64,000 bases of DNA, taken from Lama guanicoe (taxonomy: Eukaryota). The notes beneath the pieces are model-generated. The model saw only the letters and a program-made list of their open reading frames with translations. It did not search any database and had not been told where the DNA came from. Below, piece by piece: positions 38,183 through 50,550 of this stretch (within the stretch, counting starts at the first letter, position 1; every line of letters begins with the position of its first letter). Position numbers and translations under genes: made by a program. Location of the stretch: NCBI GenBank assembly GCA_013239625.1, contig MU053873.1:1378524-1442523 (forward strand), written 5' to 3'.

Positions 38183-39171
38183 TAAAAAATTTTTTAAATT
38201 GAAATGTAGTTGATTTACAATGTTAGTTTCAGGTGTATAGCAAAGTGATTTGGTTATACATATACATACATATATGTATTTTCTTTTCAGATTCTTTTCC
38301 ATTATATATTATTATAAGAAATGGAATATAGTTCTCAGTACTATACAGAAGGTCCTTGTTGTTTATCTATTTTATATATAGTAATGTTTGTCTGTTAATC
38401 TCTGACCCCTATTTTATCCCTCCCTGCCCTTTCCCCTTTGGTAACCATAGTTTGTTTTCTATGTCTGTGAGTCTGTTTTTGGTTTGTAAATAGAATTTGT
38501 ATCTTTTTTTCAAGATTCCACATATAAATGATACCATGTGGTATTTATCTTTGTCTGACTTTCTCTGCTCAATAAGATATGATAATCTTTAGGTCCATCC
38601 ATGTTGCTGCAAATGGCACAATTTCATTCCTTTTTATGGCTGAGTAATATTCCATCACGCGCGTGCATGCGCACGCGTGCGCACACAAACACACACACAC
38701 ACCCCAGCCACATCCTTTTTATTTAGTCATCTGTTGATGGACATATAGATTGTTTTCATGTCTGGCTATTGTAAATAGTGCTTCTATGAACATCAGGGTA
38801 CACTGTCTTTTTTGAATTATAGTTTTCTCCAGATATATGCCCAGGAGTGGGATTGCTGGATCATATGTTAAGTCTATTTTTAGTTTTTTAGGAACTTCCA
38901 TACTGTCCTTCATAGTGGCTGCACCAACAGTGTAGGAGGGTTCCTTTTTCTCCACATCCTCTCTAGCATTTATTATTTGTAGACTTTTTAATGATGGCCA
39001 TTCTGACTGGTATACGGTGATACCTCACTGTAGTTTTGATTTGCGTTTCTCTAATAATTAGTGATATTGAGCATTTTTCATGTGCCTGTTGGCCATCTGG
39101 ATGTCTTCTTTGGAGAAATGTCATATTTTTTATTTTTCTGCCTCATTTTTTTTTTTTTTTTTGACATTGAG
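38183..39171 (-). mobile_element. Older 5'-truncated L1 (ORF2 C-terminus + 3'UTR), disrupted
   Basis: Remnant peptide ...YDPAIPLLGIY...MFIEALFTIA. Exact 17-bp TSD TGAGTATAGCAGCTTTT at 38166-38182 and 39172-39188. Internal CA/CG microsatellite. Confidence 0.93.
38656..38702. repeat. Alternating purine-pyrimidine (CG/CA) microsatellite inside the old L1
   Basis: CACGCGCGTGCATGCGCACGCGTGCGCACACAAACACACACACACAC. Confidence 0.9.
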
Positions 39172-39244
39172 TGAGTATAGCAGCTTTTAGGTAGGATCAG
39201 GTAGAGCTAGTTCTGAGACACAAAACACACACTCGAGCTATTTT

Positions 39245-39382
39245 ATTTTTTTGAAGGGGGAGGTAATTAGGTTTATTTATTTACTTACTTATTTAATTTT
39301 TTTTTTAAATAGATGTGCTGGGAATTGAACCCAGGACTTCATGCATGCTAAGCATGTGCTCTACCACTGAGCCCTACCCCCT
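39245..39382 (-). mobile_element. tRNA-derived SINE, camelid Vic-1-like (more diverged)
   Basis: Minus strand GGCTCAGTGGTAGAGCACATGCTTAGCATGCATGAAGTCCTGGGTTCAATTCCCAG plus AAATAAACCTAATTACCTCCCCC tail, same layout as the 25.1-kb copy. Confidence 0.85.
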
Positions 39383-39464
39383 CAAGAGTTGTTTTTTGAT
39401 TTCAAAGTATCTTGTCCCCTCTACTAAGGCCTAAACTTGTAGTCAAACTTGGGTTAATTGATTG

Positions 39465-39895
39465 AATTAATTATTTCACTATGCATTTATTGAGGGCCTA
39501 TTATGTACCAGAAGCTGGCTATTTATATAACGAGGAGGAAAAATGGGTAATCCTTAATGGTGACTCCATTAATTGAAACTTTCAGATACTCAGTTTACCC
39601 TTATGAATGTTTGCTGAGTAAGTTAGTAATTACTTAATTTGAGAGAACCAATTAATTTATTAACTATAAGCACTCTAATAATTTATGAAATGTTGGATTC
39701 AGATATAATATGATCTCCATTCTCAAGGAACTTACAGTCTAGACAGGAAGTCAGATGAGAAAATAAATTATTGCAATAGAATATGATAACATACAGGGTG
39801 CTATGGGAACACTGAAAAGCAGGAGAAAGGAGGAGGAGGAGGTGATATGAGCTAAACATTGAACTATGTGTGGAAGTTGTCTAGGTTAATAACCA
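39465..39895 (-). mobile_element. LINE-2 3' fragment(s)
   Basis: ATGCATTTATTGAGGGCCTATTATGTACCAG ... TCTCAAGGAACTTACAGTCTAG ... ACAGGGTGCTATGGGAACAC. Confidence 0.65.
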
Positions 39896-41874
39896 CCATG
39901 TATTTTCTATAATATAGCCTTTCTCACACTTATCCTTTCATTTTTATTACAGTGATTTAAAAAATAACTAAAGTAAACTAATTTTGAAAGTGTTTACTAT
40001 TTGAATTCATTTATTATTTCCGTGTTGTCATATTGTTGTTCATAGCTTGATTTCTTGTTAAATAATTTTGGAAGATTGATGTATTTCCTACATGTTCATT
40101 TCTAATCAGATTAGTTTTCACAGTTGGATTCTTAATAAATGAGTGCTACCTCTAGCCTTTTTTTTTTTTTTGCCTTATGGCATAATGTTCTCCCCCCCAT
40201 ACTTAAATATACACACCTTGACTGTATTATACCCATATTAAATTTTTTCCTTAATTTTTTTAAATTGAGGAAAACAGTTCCTAAAGTACATTCCACTGGA
40301 TTCTGTGAGGAGGAAAAAGTTCTATGGTTAAATAAATTTTGAAGAAGTGTATGCTCTATCTCCTTTGGCATATTGTGAGGATTCTGAGAAGTCCTGTAAT
40401 TAAAAAAGAAAGAATGGAAGGAAGAAGAGAGACTTCTTTACCTTTATTCAAATATGACCTCTTTTTTAAAAAATAATATGAAAATATGTGTGTTTTGGGA
40501 ACTGCTTTCTTTATATATCTTTGTTTTTGGATTAGTTACAAGAATTTCATATACATAGTCAATATGGAAATAATCTTTTCCTTTTATGGCTGAGATTAAT
40601 TGGAAGGAAATAGAAAGAAAGCAAGAGAAGGAAATAAATGAGAGGACTACAGGAATAGAGAGATGTGAAAGAAAAATACTGATAGCTGCAGAATGGTAAA
40701 AAGAAACTTATCTTGTAAAAGTTAGAAAATGTTATTAAAATGTGATGTAGTAAAATCCATTTGTCAGATTCCTGGATTTAACTTTTCCCCGGAGATATGA
40801 AAATATTGTAAGTGCCCAAGTATTTTTCTCACATTTAATTTTTTCAAGTGCTTATAACATTTCTCTACTGTTTTTCCTGAAAAATATGAGGATTTCACTT
40901 TATTATTAAAGGACTAAAATTTTTAGCAGTATAAACTTAAATAAGAGGGCATGGTTCCCTTGGTGAATTTCATAATTGGGAAACATTGTCCCTTCCTGAC
41001 TTTTTAAGAGCTAGTAAGTTTGAGGTGATAGAAAAGAATCTCTAAGTGTGATGCTACCTGTGATGGTGTGAATTGTAGTAGACTGTCTTTAAGTCTCAGA
41101 TGGAGGTATGAATTATTCTATTGTTGGGTTACTTTTTTGGATGGATTGCTATTATTCTTTTGGAGCTCTAATGGGATGAAATGGCACTTCTGAACTTGAT
41201 TAAGGGGAGATCAGGGAGAGTCACTGAGTCTGTTCGCTTCAGTCTTGCCAGGTAGCTTCGATAAGAACAGGCATCTAGTGGGAGGCGCATGCCCTAAGTC
41301 TTGTCAAAATACTCCAGTTAGCTCCTACATGGAGCCTCACCAACTGGTTCTTTTACTTCAAAGCAGCCTTAGGAAGTAGGAAGTAGAAAGTAAGAAACTT
41401 GGGAAATTGTAGAGCCCCTTTGGTGTTAGAATGTAGCTATTTTAGAAATTAAAATGACCTGATACAAGTCCTGGGGTAAACCAACTAACTACATGAAGAT
41501 AGATTCTGAAAGCTGACTGTGTAAGTCAGGCTTTATATTTAATCAAATTAGTTAAATAATCAATTAATGAAATCATCTGCTTGGTTTTTTTTTAACCTTG
41601 GAATTTTAAGCCTCTTTGAAAATGTCATCAGCTATAACTGAAGAAAACCAAAAGAAGATTTTGTTACTGTTTTCCTCTACTTTCGCTAGGTTGGGTTTTT
41701 CACTGAACAGATATTTACGAAGAGCCTTTTGAGATCTGATGAGAAAAGCAACACATCCCTTGGTGCCAGTGAGGTGGTGACGGCCACAATCAAAGTGAGC
41801 AGATCCCAGGGGAAAGTGAGTCTGAGGAGATAGCGCTGGGCTCTGTTGTTTAAGTGAGGAAGAATTTCCCTAAC

Positions 41875-42310
41875 TTTGTCTCCAGAGTCCCCCATCCTGT
41901 CTCAACTTGCCCAAATTGAACTCATTCTTCAAGGCCTTAGTCAAGCCTTCCCCTTTGTGAAGGTCTCTGAGACCCACCAAGTTGAAATTAATCCCTTCTT
42001 TTGCTGTACCGTTTTACCCTTATTAGAGCAATTATTACAATTTGATCAGTTGATCAATGAATTGATTGATTAGTTCCTTTGTTCAACATGTGTACTTTGC
42101 ACACAATATATCAGCCCTACAGCATATCGGGGAAGGGGCTATCTTCAGTGAGCTAATTGTTTATTGCTTATTGGTTGATTACATTGGTTTCTCCCACTAG
42201 AACTTAAACTCCTAAAGAGCAGTGATGGCTCTTATTCATCCTTTCCCGTGTACCCAGCATAGTGCCTGGCTGTACAAGGCATTCAGCAAGTGCCTTTGGA
42301 TATACTGAAT
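41875..42310 (+). mobile_element. LINE-2 3' fragment
   Basis: TCTCCCACTAGAACTTAAACTCCT ... CCCAGCATAGTGCCTGGC. Confidence 0.65.
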
Positions 42311-45300
42311 TTGTTTTTGTATCTGACACACAGAACTGAAGATTCATGAGTATTGCTCCATTATTCTTGAAATTTATATAATAAACTTATATTGGAGGAA
42401 ACCAGAGATCCAATAGCTTATATTAAATGACATATCCAGCTGTATTTTGTTAAGTCAGTAACAAATGAATTCATATTCTGATACTTCTAATGTTGGTTTG
42501 TAAGCCATTGAGCTATTGTGCCTTACTTTAGCTTATTTTAAATAAAACAAATAACTGAAGAGCTATGTTTTAGAAATATAATTTGTAGTAGAAACAAAGG
42601 GTTGAATCTTTGTTTATATGCACAATGATTTAGTAAGCAATAGAGTCAGATGTCAGAAGGCTTTTAGGTCACTGGTTGAGTAGCATTGTGGTTTATTATT
42701 TACCTTTTGCCTACCACAAATGTTCTTCTAATCCAAGAACCCAGAGTAAATGTTTGCTGAGAGTCTCTGCAATGCCTAAACAATGAAAAATTCACATGCT
42801 TTAGTGGTAGCAAAACTGAACGGCATACAGCTGCCAGCAGCCATTTCTTACTGATGTAATCCAGGAGGGTTGTGAAAGGGGAACACATGGATAGGGGCTA
42901 ACTGGAAATTAGCAGAGACCTAAATGTTTGACTAAATGTGGTTACAGTTTGGTATGGTAAAGCCCAGAGGTGAGAAATTGCCTCACATCAAAGCCAAGTG
43001 GTAAAGTGGTCCCTTTACTGGAAACAGCTAAGATGCAAAATGCAGAATTATGTATGAGATACTTTTACTTTGGGACTATATTCAAAGGAAGTTGTTATCA
43101 GACTTATACTATGGCCTGGGAAAAGAGATAATACTTCAAAACAACCTAAAAAAGACATGATCCTTGCCAGGTTACAGTTGGGACGTATATGTTTATATTC
43201 AGATATAATACAGTGTTCTAAGTATTCTAATGGAAGTATGTACTACAGATCATGGGAAGACTGAGAAAAGAATGTGAGGGAAATAGAGAAAGTTTCCTAC
43301 ACTTGAGGGAGAAATAGAGGGTTTTGTTTCAGACAGGCCATCACCATAGACAAAGGCAGGAAGATGTGGACATAAACAAAAAGACTCATTTGTTTATGTA
43401 CTTATTTTTTTGTTTATTGTGGGAATGTAAAGTATGAGGTTAAAGTAATTACTCAGAGCCTAATTTCCTTGTGAAAGGACAACCTTTTACTGGATCTTTT
43501 TATGTGCAGCTATTTCATTAGGTATCTTTCAAAGTTATTTCATAAGGATAATTTTACCTAAGTTAAGTATGCCAAAGAACCTGGCATTTCCAGGTGTAAC
43601 ATTCAAGATTTAAATTGTTCTAGTGATCCCAAAGAGTGGTACAGAAATTTGTGATCTTGATAAGAACTTAGTGGCCCATGTGCCACCTGTCAAGTTGCTT
43701 AGCTAATGAGAGAGCATAGCTGACAACGCAGCAACCTTGTATTCAACCACCTTATAAATATACCCACTTTTGGGTTACTGCTAGTGTAATCTGACTCTCC
43801 GTGCTATGCAGTGTCTACCACCATCCTTCTCTTTGTCATGATGGCCTATGTGCTATATAGTGGCTGTCATCAGCTTTTGGAAGCATTACTCTGATTTTTG
43901 CACAGACAGGTAAGGTTAATGCAGCTACTGTAATGATGTTACTTAATGGACTTTAGAATTTATTTGCATGGCAGGATTTATTTTAATGGCATTATAAATT
44001 ACTTTAGTCCATTATTTATAGATCCATCAAGGGTCTGAAAAGGGTTACCTAAAAATTTCAGTGAATTTTGTGGGGGAAAACTATATGCTGTAGTATCTTT
44101 TGCAAATTTCAGGAGTTAGAATAATCCAGAGATCTTTAGGAATGTCAGGGATCTATATCAGTTTTTAAGTTCTTAACTATTAATCTGGAATCTTTTTCTT
44201 ATCAGGTACATGGTTTGTGGTATCTGTAGTTTTTCATTAAAAATACTGAACTATGTTCTCACTATTTTGAGTAAAGTAGTAAGTGACTGGAAAAAAGTGG
44301 CAGTTTGTATTATACATTATAGCAATTGTAGTAATGTTAATAATACATTTCAGATAATATATAATTGATTTTTAAAATAAAAATTAGACTTTTAGTGTTT
44401 ATGAAGTAAGAGCTTTCTCTTTCTCTCTGAGTTTTAAAATGCTTTTAAGCTTCTTATTGAGGCATGAATAAAATTTAACTTATTTAATGTTACTGAATGG
44501 CAAAAGGTGCAGACTACATAGAATTGAGATGTATGTGAGGTTTTAAATCACAAGTGAAAAGATGTGAGGATCAGTGTTTGTGGTATCGTTATGTGATTCC
44601 AGAAAAGGCTTTTGACCATTAATCTCTGAAACCCACCCATACATTTGCCTATTTATATATAGAACCCCTTACCGCTTATCAAAGTTGTTTAGTGGGGACA
44701 ACATTCAAGTATAAAGTGAGAGGAAGACAGCTTTCTTTTGCTGTTTTGAGCTTTGCATTATTACTAATATTGTGTTGAGTATAACATTTTGTGCTTTGCT
44801 GACTTAACAGAGATACTTACATTTATTTATTCCCCTTCTTTCCTCTTAAAAATAGTCGTTGGAATTTTTAAAGAGAAATACAACTGAAGACCAGAACATC
44901 CCCATCAAATCTTTTTAAAGCTTATACTAGGCTACATTTCTTGGTCTTTTCCCCCTTGACTAGTTATTTATTTTAAGTTTTCTTGATTTAAAATAGCAAC
45001 TATAGCCATTTTGAGAAATACCTTAAGTTATGTAACTTCATCATTTCTTGTATAAGTGTTATTTCTTCTTTAAGTAGATAATCAGCCAGAAATTGATAAT
45101 TATTGCTAATATATATATGAAAAAATCACTTCATCCTTGTCATCAGAGAAATATGATACAGTTTTTTTGCTCCTATTTCTTTTGATATTATGCTTATTTA
45201 TAATTTTCTTCAAAACATCAGTTAATTACCATGTAAAGTGGAATCAAAGCAATTCTTTTTAAAGGTCTCACTCTACTACTTGTATTTGCCTAGATTGAGA

Positions 45301-46884
45301 CAAATCAGTTTTCTAGGGTTGAAGTTTTGTTTAATTTTGAAAGACAAAGTATGTTGAGCATGCTTTTGGATGTGTGCATTTAACGATGGAACAGCATAGG
45401 ATACGTTAGCGGATATAAGACCAAAGGAAGGAAGAAAGTAAAAAGAAATACTTGAAAATATATGGGAGCACAATTTGAGGTCAGATAGCATCTTTATAGA
45501 TTGCTTTGTCAGGTAAACCAGAAATGTTGTGGCTCTTTCCTGAGCGTTTGGTTGTTGATCAGTAATAGCACTAGCTTCTGCAAGTCACATGCATCTCGAA
45601 AGCAGAGTAAGGTCTCTCTGCGTTTATACTATTTTAATGGTAAAGAACTTTTTATTAGGTCAGTCATAAATATGATACATAGTTTTTGCATAATATGTAG
45701 CATTGTACATTTGAATATATATTAATAAAATAATATAAAATATAGTTAGAAAAAAAGAGGGAAGACATCTACTTTCTTTTCCAGGTGTGTCTCTCTAAAA
45801 TTGTTTTTAAAATGTTGGGTTTCTTGGTTTTGTGACTAAAAACAGAATTAAAATTGCTTTCCTTCAAGTTCTTAGGGAGGAGAAAAGAGGTCAGAGTTAA
45901 GGCATGTGTGCCGTCTTTCTCTCAATCTCTCTATTTTTAGGTGTAATTTTGAGAATTAATGCAGCTGCAGAGAAGAGAAGCTACCAGGAATGTACTTAAC
46001 TGTCGCCCAGAGTTTGTATTTAGTAACTTCTAATTGGTATCAGAGCTAGAAAAAGAAAACTAAGTTTTTTCCAAAGAGACACACTTGAACTTTTGTATTA
46101 TACTCTTGCTTTTTTTTTTTAACTGCAACCCTACTTAATTGGTTAAAAGTGAATTAAAAATAGGTATTTTATACGGAGGGAGAGAAATAGGCATGTTTAT
46201 TACTTAAGATGAGCAGTCATCTGGCCAAAAGCTTTCATCTGTCTTCTTTTATAATTAAAACAAAATCTATTAGTCATGTCAATCAGCATCATCTGGGGTG
46301 ATGACAAGAGCTGTACAAATACCAGCAGCAGCTGCCAAAGAATCAAATATATAAGTTTTTAGAATCAAACTTACCTACTATGAAATAAATCATCCTTTCA
46401 TGATAAGATTTGTAACTCAATTACTTATAAATCTTTAAATTTATATCCTGTAATAGGGATTTTGGGACATTTTCCTTTTACTTAAAATCATCTGTAGCTC
46501 TTTTTCTTGAAAATGCACTGAGTTTTAGTCTCATTTTAGAGCTGCAATTGGGAAAATAGGATTTTAAGCTGTCTGGATAATTCTAATACTTGGAGGAAGT
46601 GAAACCAAGAGAAACTTATATCATCTTACATTTAGAGTATGACTCAGATTTTATTTAAAGTGAAATAAACAATTTCTTTGTCATGATCAGTTTGCTTATA
46701 ATTGAGTGCTCTGGTTTAACCAGAATGCTGACATACCATGCCTAGAAGGTGGTGGTTTTCCTACTTAGATTGTTGATTGGCTGTTTTAACATCATGTCTT
46801 TAGCAAGAATCCCAAATCTGCAGTATTTCTTAATGATGCCCTTAGATAGAAAAGACTAAAAGTTCTCTTCTAGCTTATAAGTTT

Positions 46885-47165
46885 AGGTCAATTAAACAAA
46901 TCTGTATGGAACATCTACATTGAGCAAGGAATTAGATGCTGGATTCAATAGGTGAGGTTCCATCTATTAAAGAGATTAACCTATTGTTAGGGTGACCAAT
47001 GCAAAGAACTATCGTAATATAGACAGATATAAGAAACAAAAGTGCTGTGAAACACAGGGGAGGAAACAGTTACTGCTGAGGGATCAATGAAGGCTTATTG
47101 AAAGAATTAGCATTTTAATTTGTCCTGAAAAATGGGTAGAATTTCAACAAGTAAATATGGGGGAG
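46885..47165 (-). mobile_element. LINE-2 3' fragment
   Basis: CAATTAAACAAATCTGTATGGAACATCTAC ... AAAGTGCTGTGAAACACAG ... TGAAAAATGGGTAGAATTTCAACA. Confidence 0.55.
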
Positions 47166-47347
47166 TGTGAAACTATTTTAAAATGATGATATCCCCTTTT
47201 TTTTTACCCCCAAGTAATGAGTTTGAAAGAGGGAAATGTTGATACAGTGAGAAATTATGGCTTCAAATAGTTATATGGAGTTCTTGGTTATGATTCCATG
47301 TTTAAGAGGGGTTATTTAGTTTTTCAGTTCTTGAGACAAAGTATTCA

Positions 47348-47525
47348 ATGGTGATTCCTAAACCTGGATGGTCATTATCGTTATCCAGGCCTAGGAGTCT
47401 TAAAAAAGCAACGTGTTTCTGGACTCTGCTCCTAGAGAGCTTGTCTCAATGACTGTTGAGTGAGGTTCAAGATTCTGATTTCAAGTTCTCTGTGATTCTA
47501 CCCAGTCAGATTTGGAGGATAACCT
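47348..47525. mobile_element. MER5-like hAT MITE
   Basis: Terminal GTGATTCCTAAAC / TTTGGAGGATAACC and internal CAAGTTCTCTGTGATTCT motifs. Confidence 0.5.
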
Positions 47526-48044
47526 TCCTCATGAGCTTTCATTGCTCACTGAATATACAGCCTTCCTCCTCTCATTCCTGTGATCCCAATCAAAACAAAA
47601 CACATGGACATGTTTCAGTCTCAGTAATATGCTCAGTAATATGATCCTTGAAATTTCAAAGTTCAAGTGGGATTGGAGTTTATCGTTAGCTGTAGGCACA
47701 TAGATGCTCAATAAATATTTGTTGAACAGATAAAAATGTATAAAATCTTGTTGGAGAGTACCCACAATAAATTCAAAAGACTCATTCCTCCCCCTGCCCC
47801 CACTTTTTTTTTTTTCGGTCTGTCCTCTCTGTGTTTAACCATAGTATATCATGCTGTTAGATTTTTGGGAAAGCCCTACAAGTTCCTTGTGGTCCATGCT
47901 TTGAGCATCGCTGATAGCTGCATTTGTATAACGTGAAGGGCAGGTAGATGGTTAGTCACATAGAATTTCTATAATTTTAAGTCTCTTTTGTAGGCAGCAT
48001 TTTTGCTTCTTCACTAACCAAAAATCTGCTTTCTAGAGATTCTT

Positions 48045-48169
48045 TTTTTAACATTTTTTATTGATTTATAATCATTTTACAATGTTGTGTCAAATTCCAG
48101 TGTAAAGCACAATTTTTCAGTTATACATGAACATATATATATTCATTGTCACTTTTTTTTCTCTGTGAG
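48045..48169 (-). mobile_element. Very short 5'-truncated L1 3' end (125 bp)
   Basis: Matches the terminal 3'UTR of the full-length L1. Exact 15-bp TSD TTTCTAGAGATTCTT at 48030-48044 and 48170-48184, followed by AA. Confidence 0.95.
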
Positions 48170-48199
48170 TTTCTAGAGATTCTTAATAGGGAATATATG

Positions 48200-48500
48200 C
48201 TGATGAGTATTTTGAAGTTCTAAGCAGTTCAACTGCTGTCATTGAGGGTTGAACTGTGCACTATATTTGATTTGTTATAGCTTCTTTATTCTACTCGCTC
48301 AGCATTTTCCTGGCAGTTAATTACATAGTGGCTTTAGGGTGCATTCCATAAGATGCTGAAGACACAGCTTTGCTGAAGTCTGACACACTTTCCTCCTTGG
48401 TTACATAGCTAATGGCCACTCTGGGATAATTAGTGAGAAGAAACGCCAATGGCCCAATTACTGTCTTCTCAAGGTTTTTCCTTTTTAATTCTTCTTTGCT
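48200..48500 (-). mobile_element. CR1/L3 LINE reverse-transcriptase relic
   Basis: The minus-strand peptide contains SDFSKAVSSASY, resembling the CR1 RT motif LDFSKAFDxVxH. Confidence 0.45.
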
Positions 48501-49405
48501 CAAATCTTGAGAGATTGCCTCCATTGTAGATTATGCTTGTGTGCTGTTGAAAACTGGGTTTTCTTAGTTACAGTCAGACAAAAAGTAAATGATCAGTGTT
48601 TTAGTGTGTTGAGAGTACTGTAAGAAGTTGATTGTATTTTAGAGAAACCATGGAGTAAGTAGTACCATTCAGAGCAAGAGATAGCTAGTATTTTCAAAGC
48701 TACAATAATTTCTGGGATAAGAGTCTTAACAACTGTCCACATCTGTGTAGTAAGAGGGCTTGAGGTTTTAGGCTCAGAGCTTCTAGGGTTTCCGTAGCTC
48801 TGCCTGATATGTAGATCAGTAATCAAATGTGCCATTTTTCTGTCAGGAAGCTTGACTTGGGGTATTGCAACTTACTAATGTAATGAAAATGCATGTGCAT
48901 ATGCCTTGGTAATAAAAGTATGTGAACATGTCTACCACAGTGTTCGGTAGTAGATAGAATCAAAATGTTGTAAGTTCCTGAGTCACCTAAGTCAGCCATA
49001 TGTCTCTGCCTTTTTAGAATTTCTCTCTGACATAGAACACAGTGATTTCTTTTTTTTTCCTAAGGTCCATGTCAACATAAGGTGGTTCTCACTGGAATTG
49101 TGCAAGCAAATGTCTATATCTGAATTTTTTCCAAACTGGGGCAAAAAATGACTATGTTAAAAGAAATTCCTTTGAAAAATTGCTCTTTGGAAAGTTATTA
49201 ACATTATGCCTAGGCTGTGGATGTGCCATTTTCTATGAATGTGTTCTTTATATAGAGAGAAGGTGCTCAGTATTTGTTGATCGAATGAATGTAGTGAAGT
49301 TTCATCATAGAAGTTCTAAATCTTTCCTTTCATTGCAGTCTTCCTGTTTGGTTCAGATGTTCCCAGCTCTCTTTGCAGACTGTGTCACTGTCTCTTTTGT
49401 TTCAG

Positions 49406-49444
49406 TGTTGTGCGCTGTGCTTTCCCAAATGCTTGTGAGCATTG
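49406..49444 (+). other. Candidate 39-nt exon, or the 3' end of another alternative first exon (MLVSI, phase 1)
   Basis: TCTCTTTTGTTTCAG acceptor (AG 49404-49405), TTG|GTAACT donor, length divisible by 3, open in phase 1, apparently non-repetitive context. Confidence 0.3.
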
Positions 49445-50379
49445 GTAACTTAAAACCCAGAAGTGATGAAACTGAGCCAAACCGTTCTGGAGCTCACCCT
49501 AACTTGTCATGGTTTATTGAAGCAGTAAGACTGATGGACATACGAAAGGAATTTGCTAGGGGTATAACAACAACAGCAAGTTCCGTTTTACAGCCTGGCA
49601 AATCTTCCTCTGGTTTCTCTCCAACAAAGTAAAAGTTCTTTAGGCGTGCAGGTTGAGGGGAATTGTATTTAGTGTGTAATGACCACATGATATTCAAATA
49701 ATTTCCATCACTTCAGCTTGACATGGAGGGGCAGCACCTGCTGAGACTGTTCAGAATTCTCTAGGAAATTGTGACTGTGTGATATATTCCTTTAGTGTTT
49801 TTTCCTCCGGTGTCATCTCAATTAATAAATATTTTTGCTAAGAGGAAATCTTGCAAAGGGCCGTGGAAAAACAACTAATCAATCCATAGAATATTGTGAT
49901 CTAGGACGCTGAAATTAATGGAACCAGAGATGGAGAATAAGACTATAGAATGTATCCTTTATAACTGTTGAGATTGGCCTCTCCAATGTGTTTTTTTGAG
50001 TTCTGTGTATTTGCATAAAGAAAAAAAAATCAGATAATTTTTATAGAGTCTTCTTTCAGAGATAGGAAGGTATGTAGGAAAGTTCAAATTTTAATCTCAA
50101 GATGTTGGGACTTCTTTAATATTCTTAAACTTTTTACTGAATGTTGCAAAATGTAGGGAATAGATGCATTTGGTGTTTAATATGTTTTAAAAATTATTTT
50201 GGCCCTTTTAATAAGTTGCATCATTATTTGGATTTTGCCCAGTTTAGAGGCTAAAGTGCCTGTAAAGCACTGATGGAAGATTTACATCTGTAGTAGCATA
50301 AGCTTTTTTTCCAGATATGATCCCTTTCCTTTCATTGGAATAGAAGTCAGCAAATTGAGGTTTGCTGGCATTTCTTCTG

Positions 50380-50550
50380 TGTCCTACCTGTATGATCAGG
50401 GCACATTATATACCCATTCAGAGCCTCAGGCTTCTTATCTGTAAAATTGGATAAGGAACCTTGCCTGTCTCAGAGGGCTATTATGAGGCTCTCAAGGGAT
50501 AATACATGTGAAAGCATTTGGGAAACTGAAGCAATACATTATTATTATTT
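50380..50550 (+). mobile_element. MIR SINE fragment
   Basis: GAGCCTCAGGCTTCTTATCTGTAAAATTGGATAA ... ATAATACATGTGAAAGCATTT. Confidence 0.75.

Noticed and set aside
43800..43920. Strong donor CAG|GTAAGG near 43910
   Set aside because: No convincing paired acceptor or coding frame; isolated donors are common in introns.
47620..47643. Short tandem duplication CTCAGTAATATG x2 (similar cases near 7356-7400 and 63279-63303)
   Set aside because: Ordinary slippage duplications; no repeat-spacer architecture and nothing CRISPR-like in this eukaryotic window.
49180..49632. 150-aa + strand ORF
   Set aside because: TTG start, no recognisable domain, and the 5' part overlaps an L2/MIR-like tail; only the internal 39-nt exon candidate was kept.
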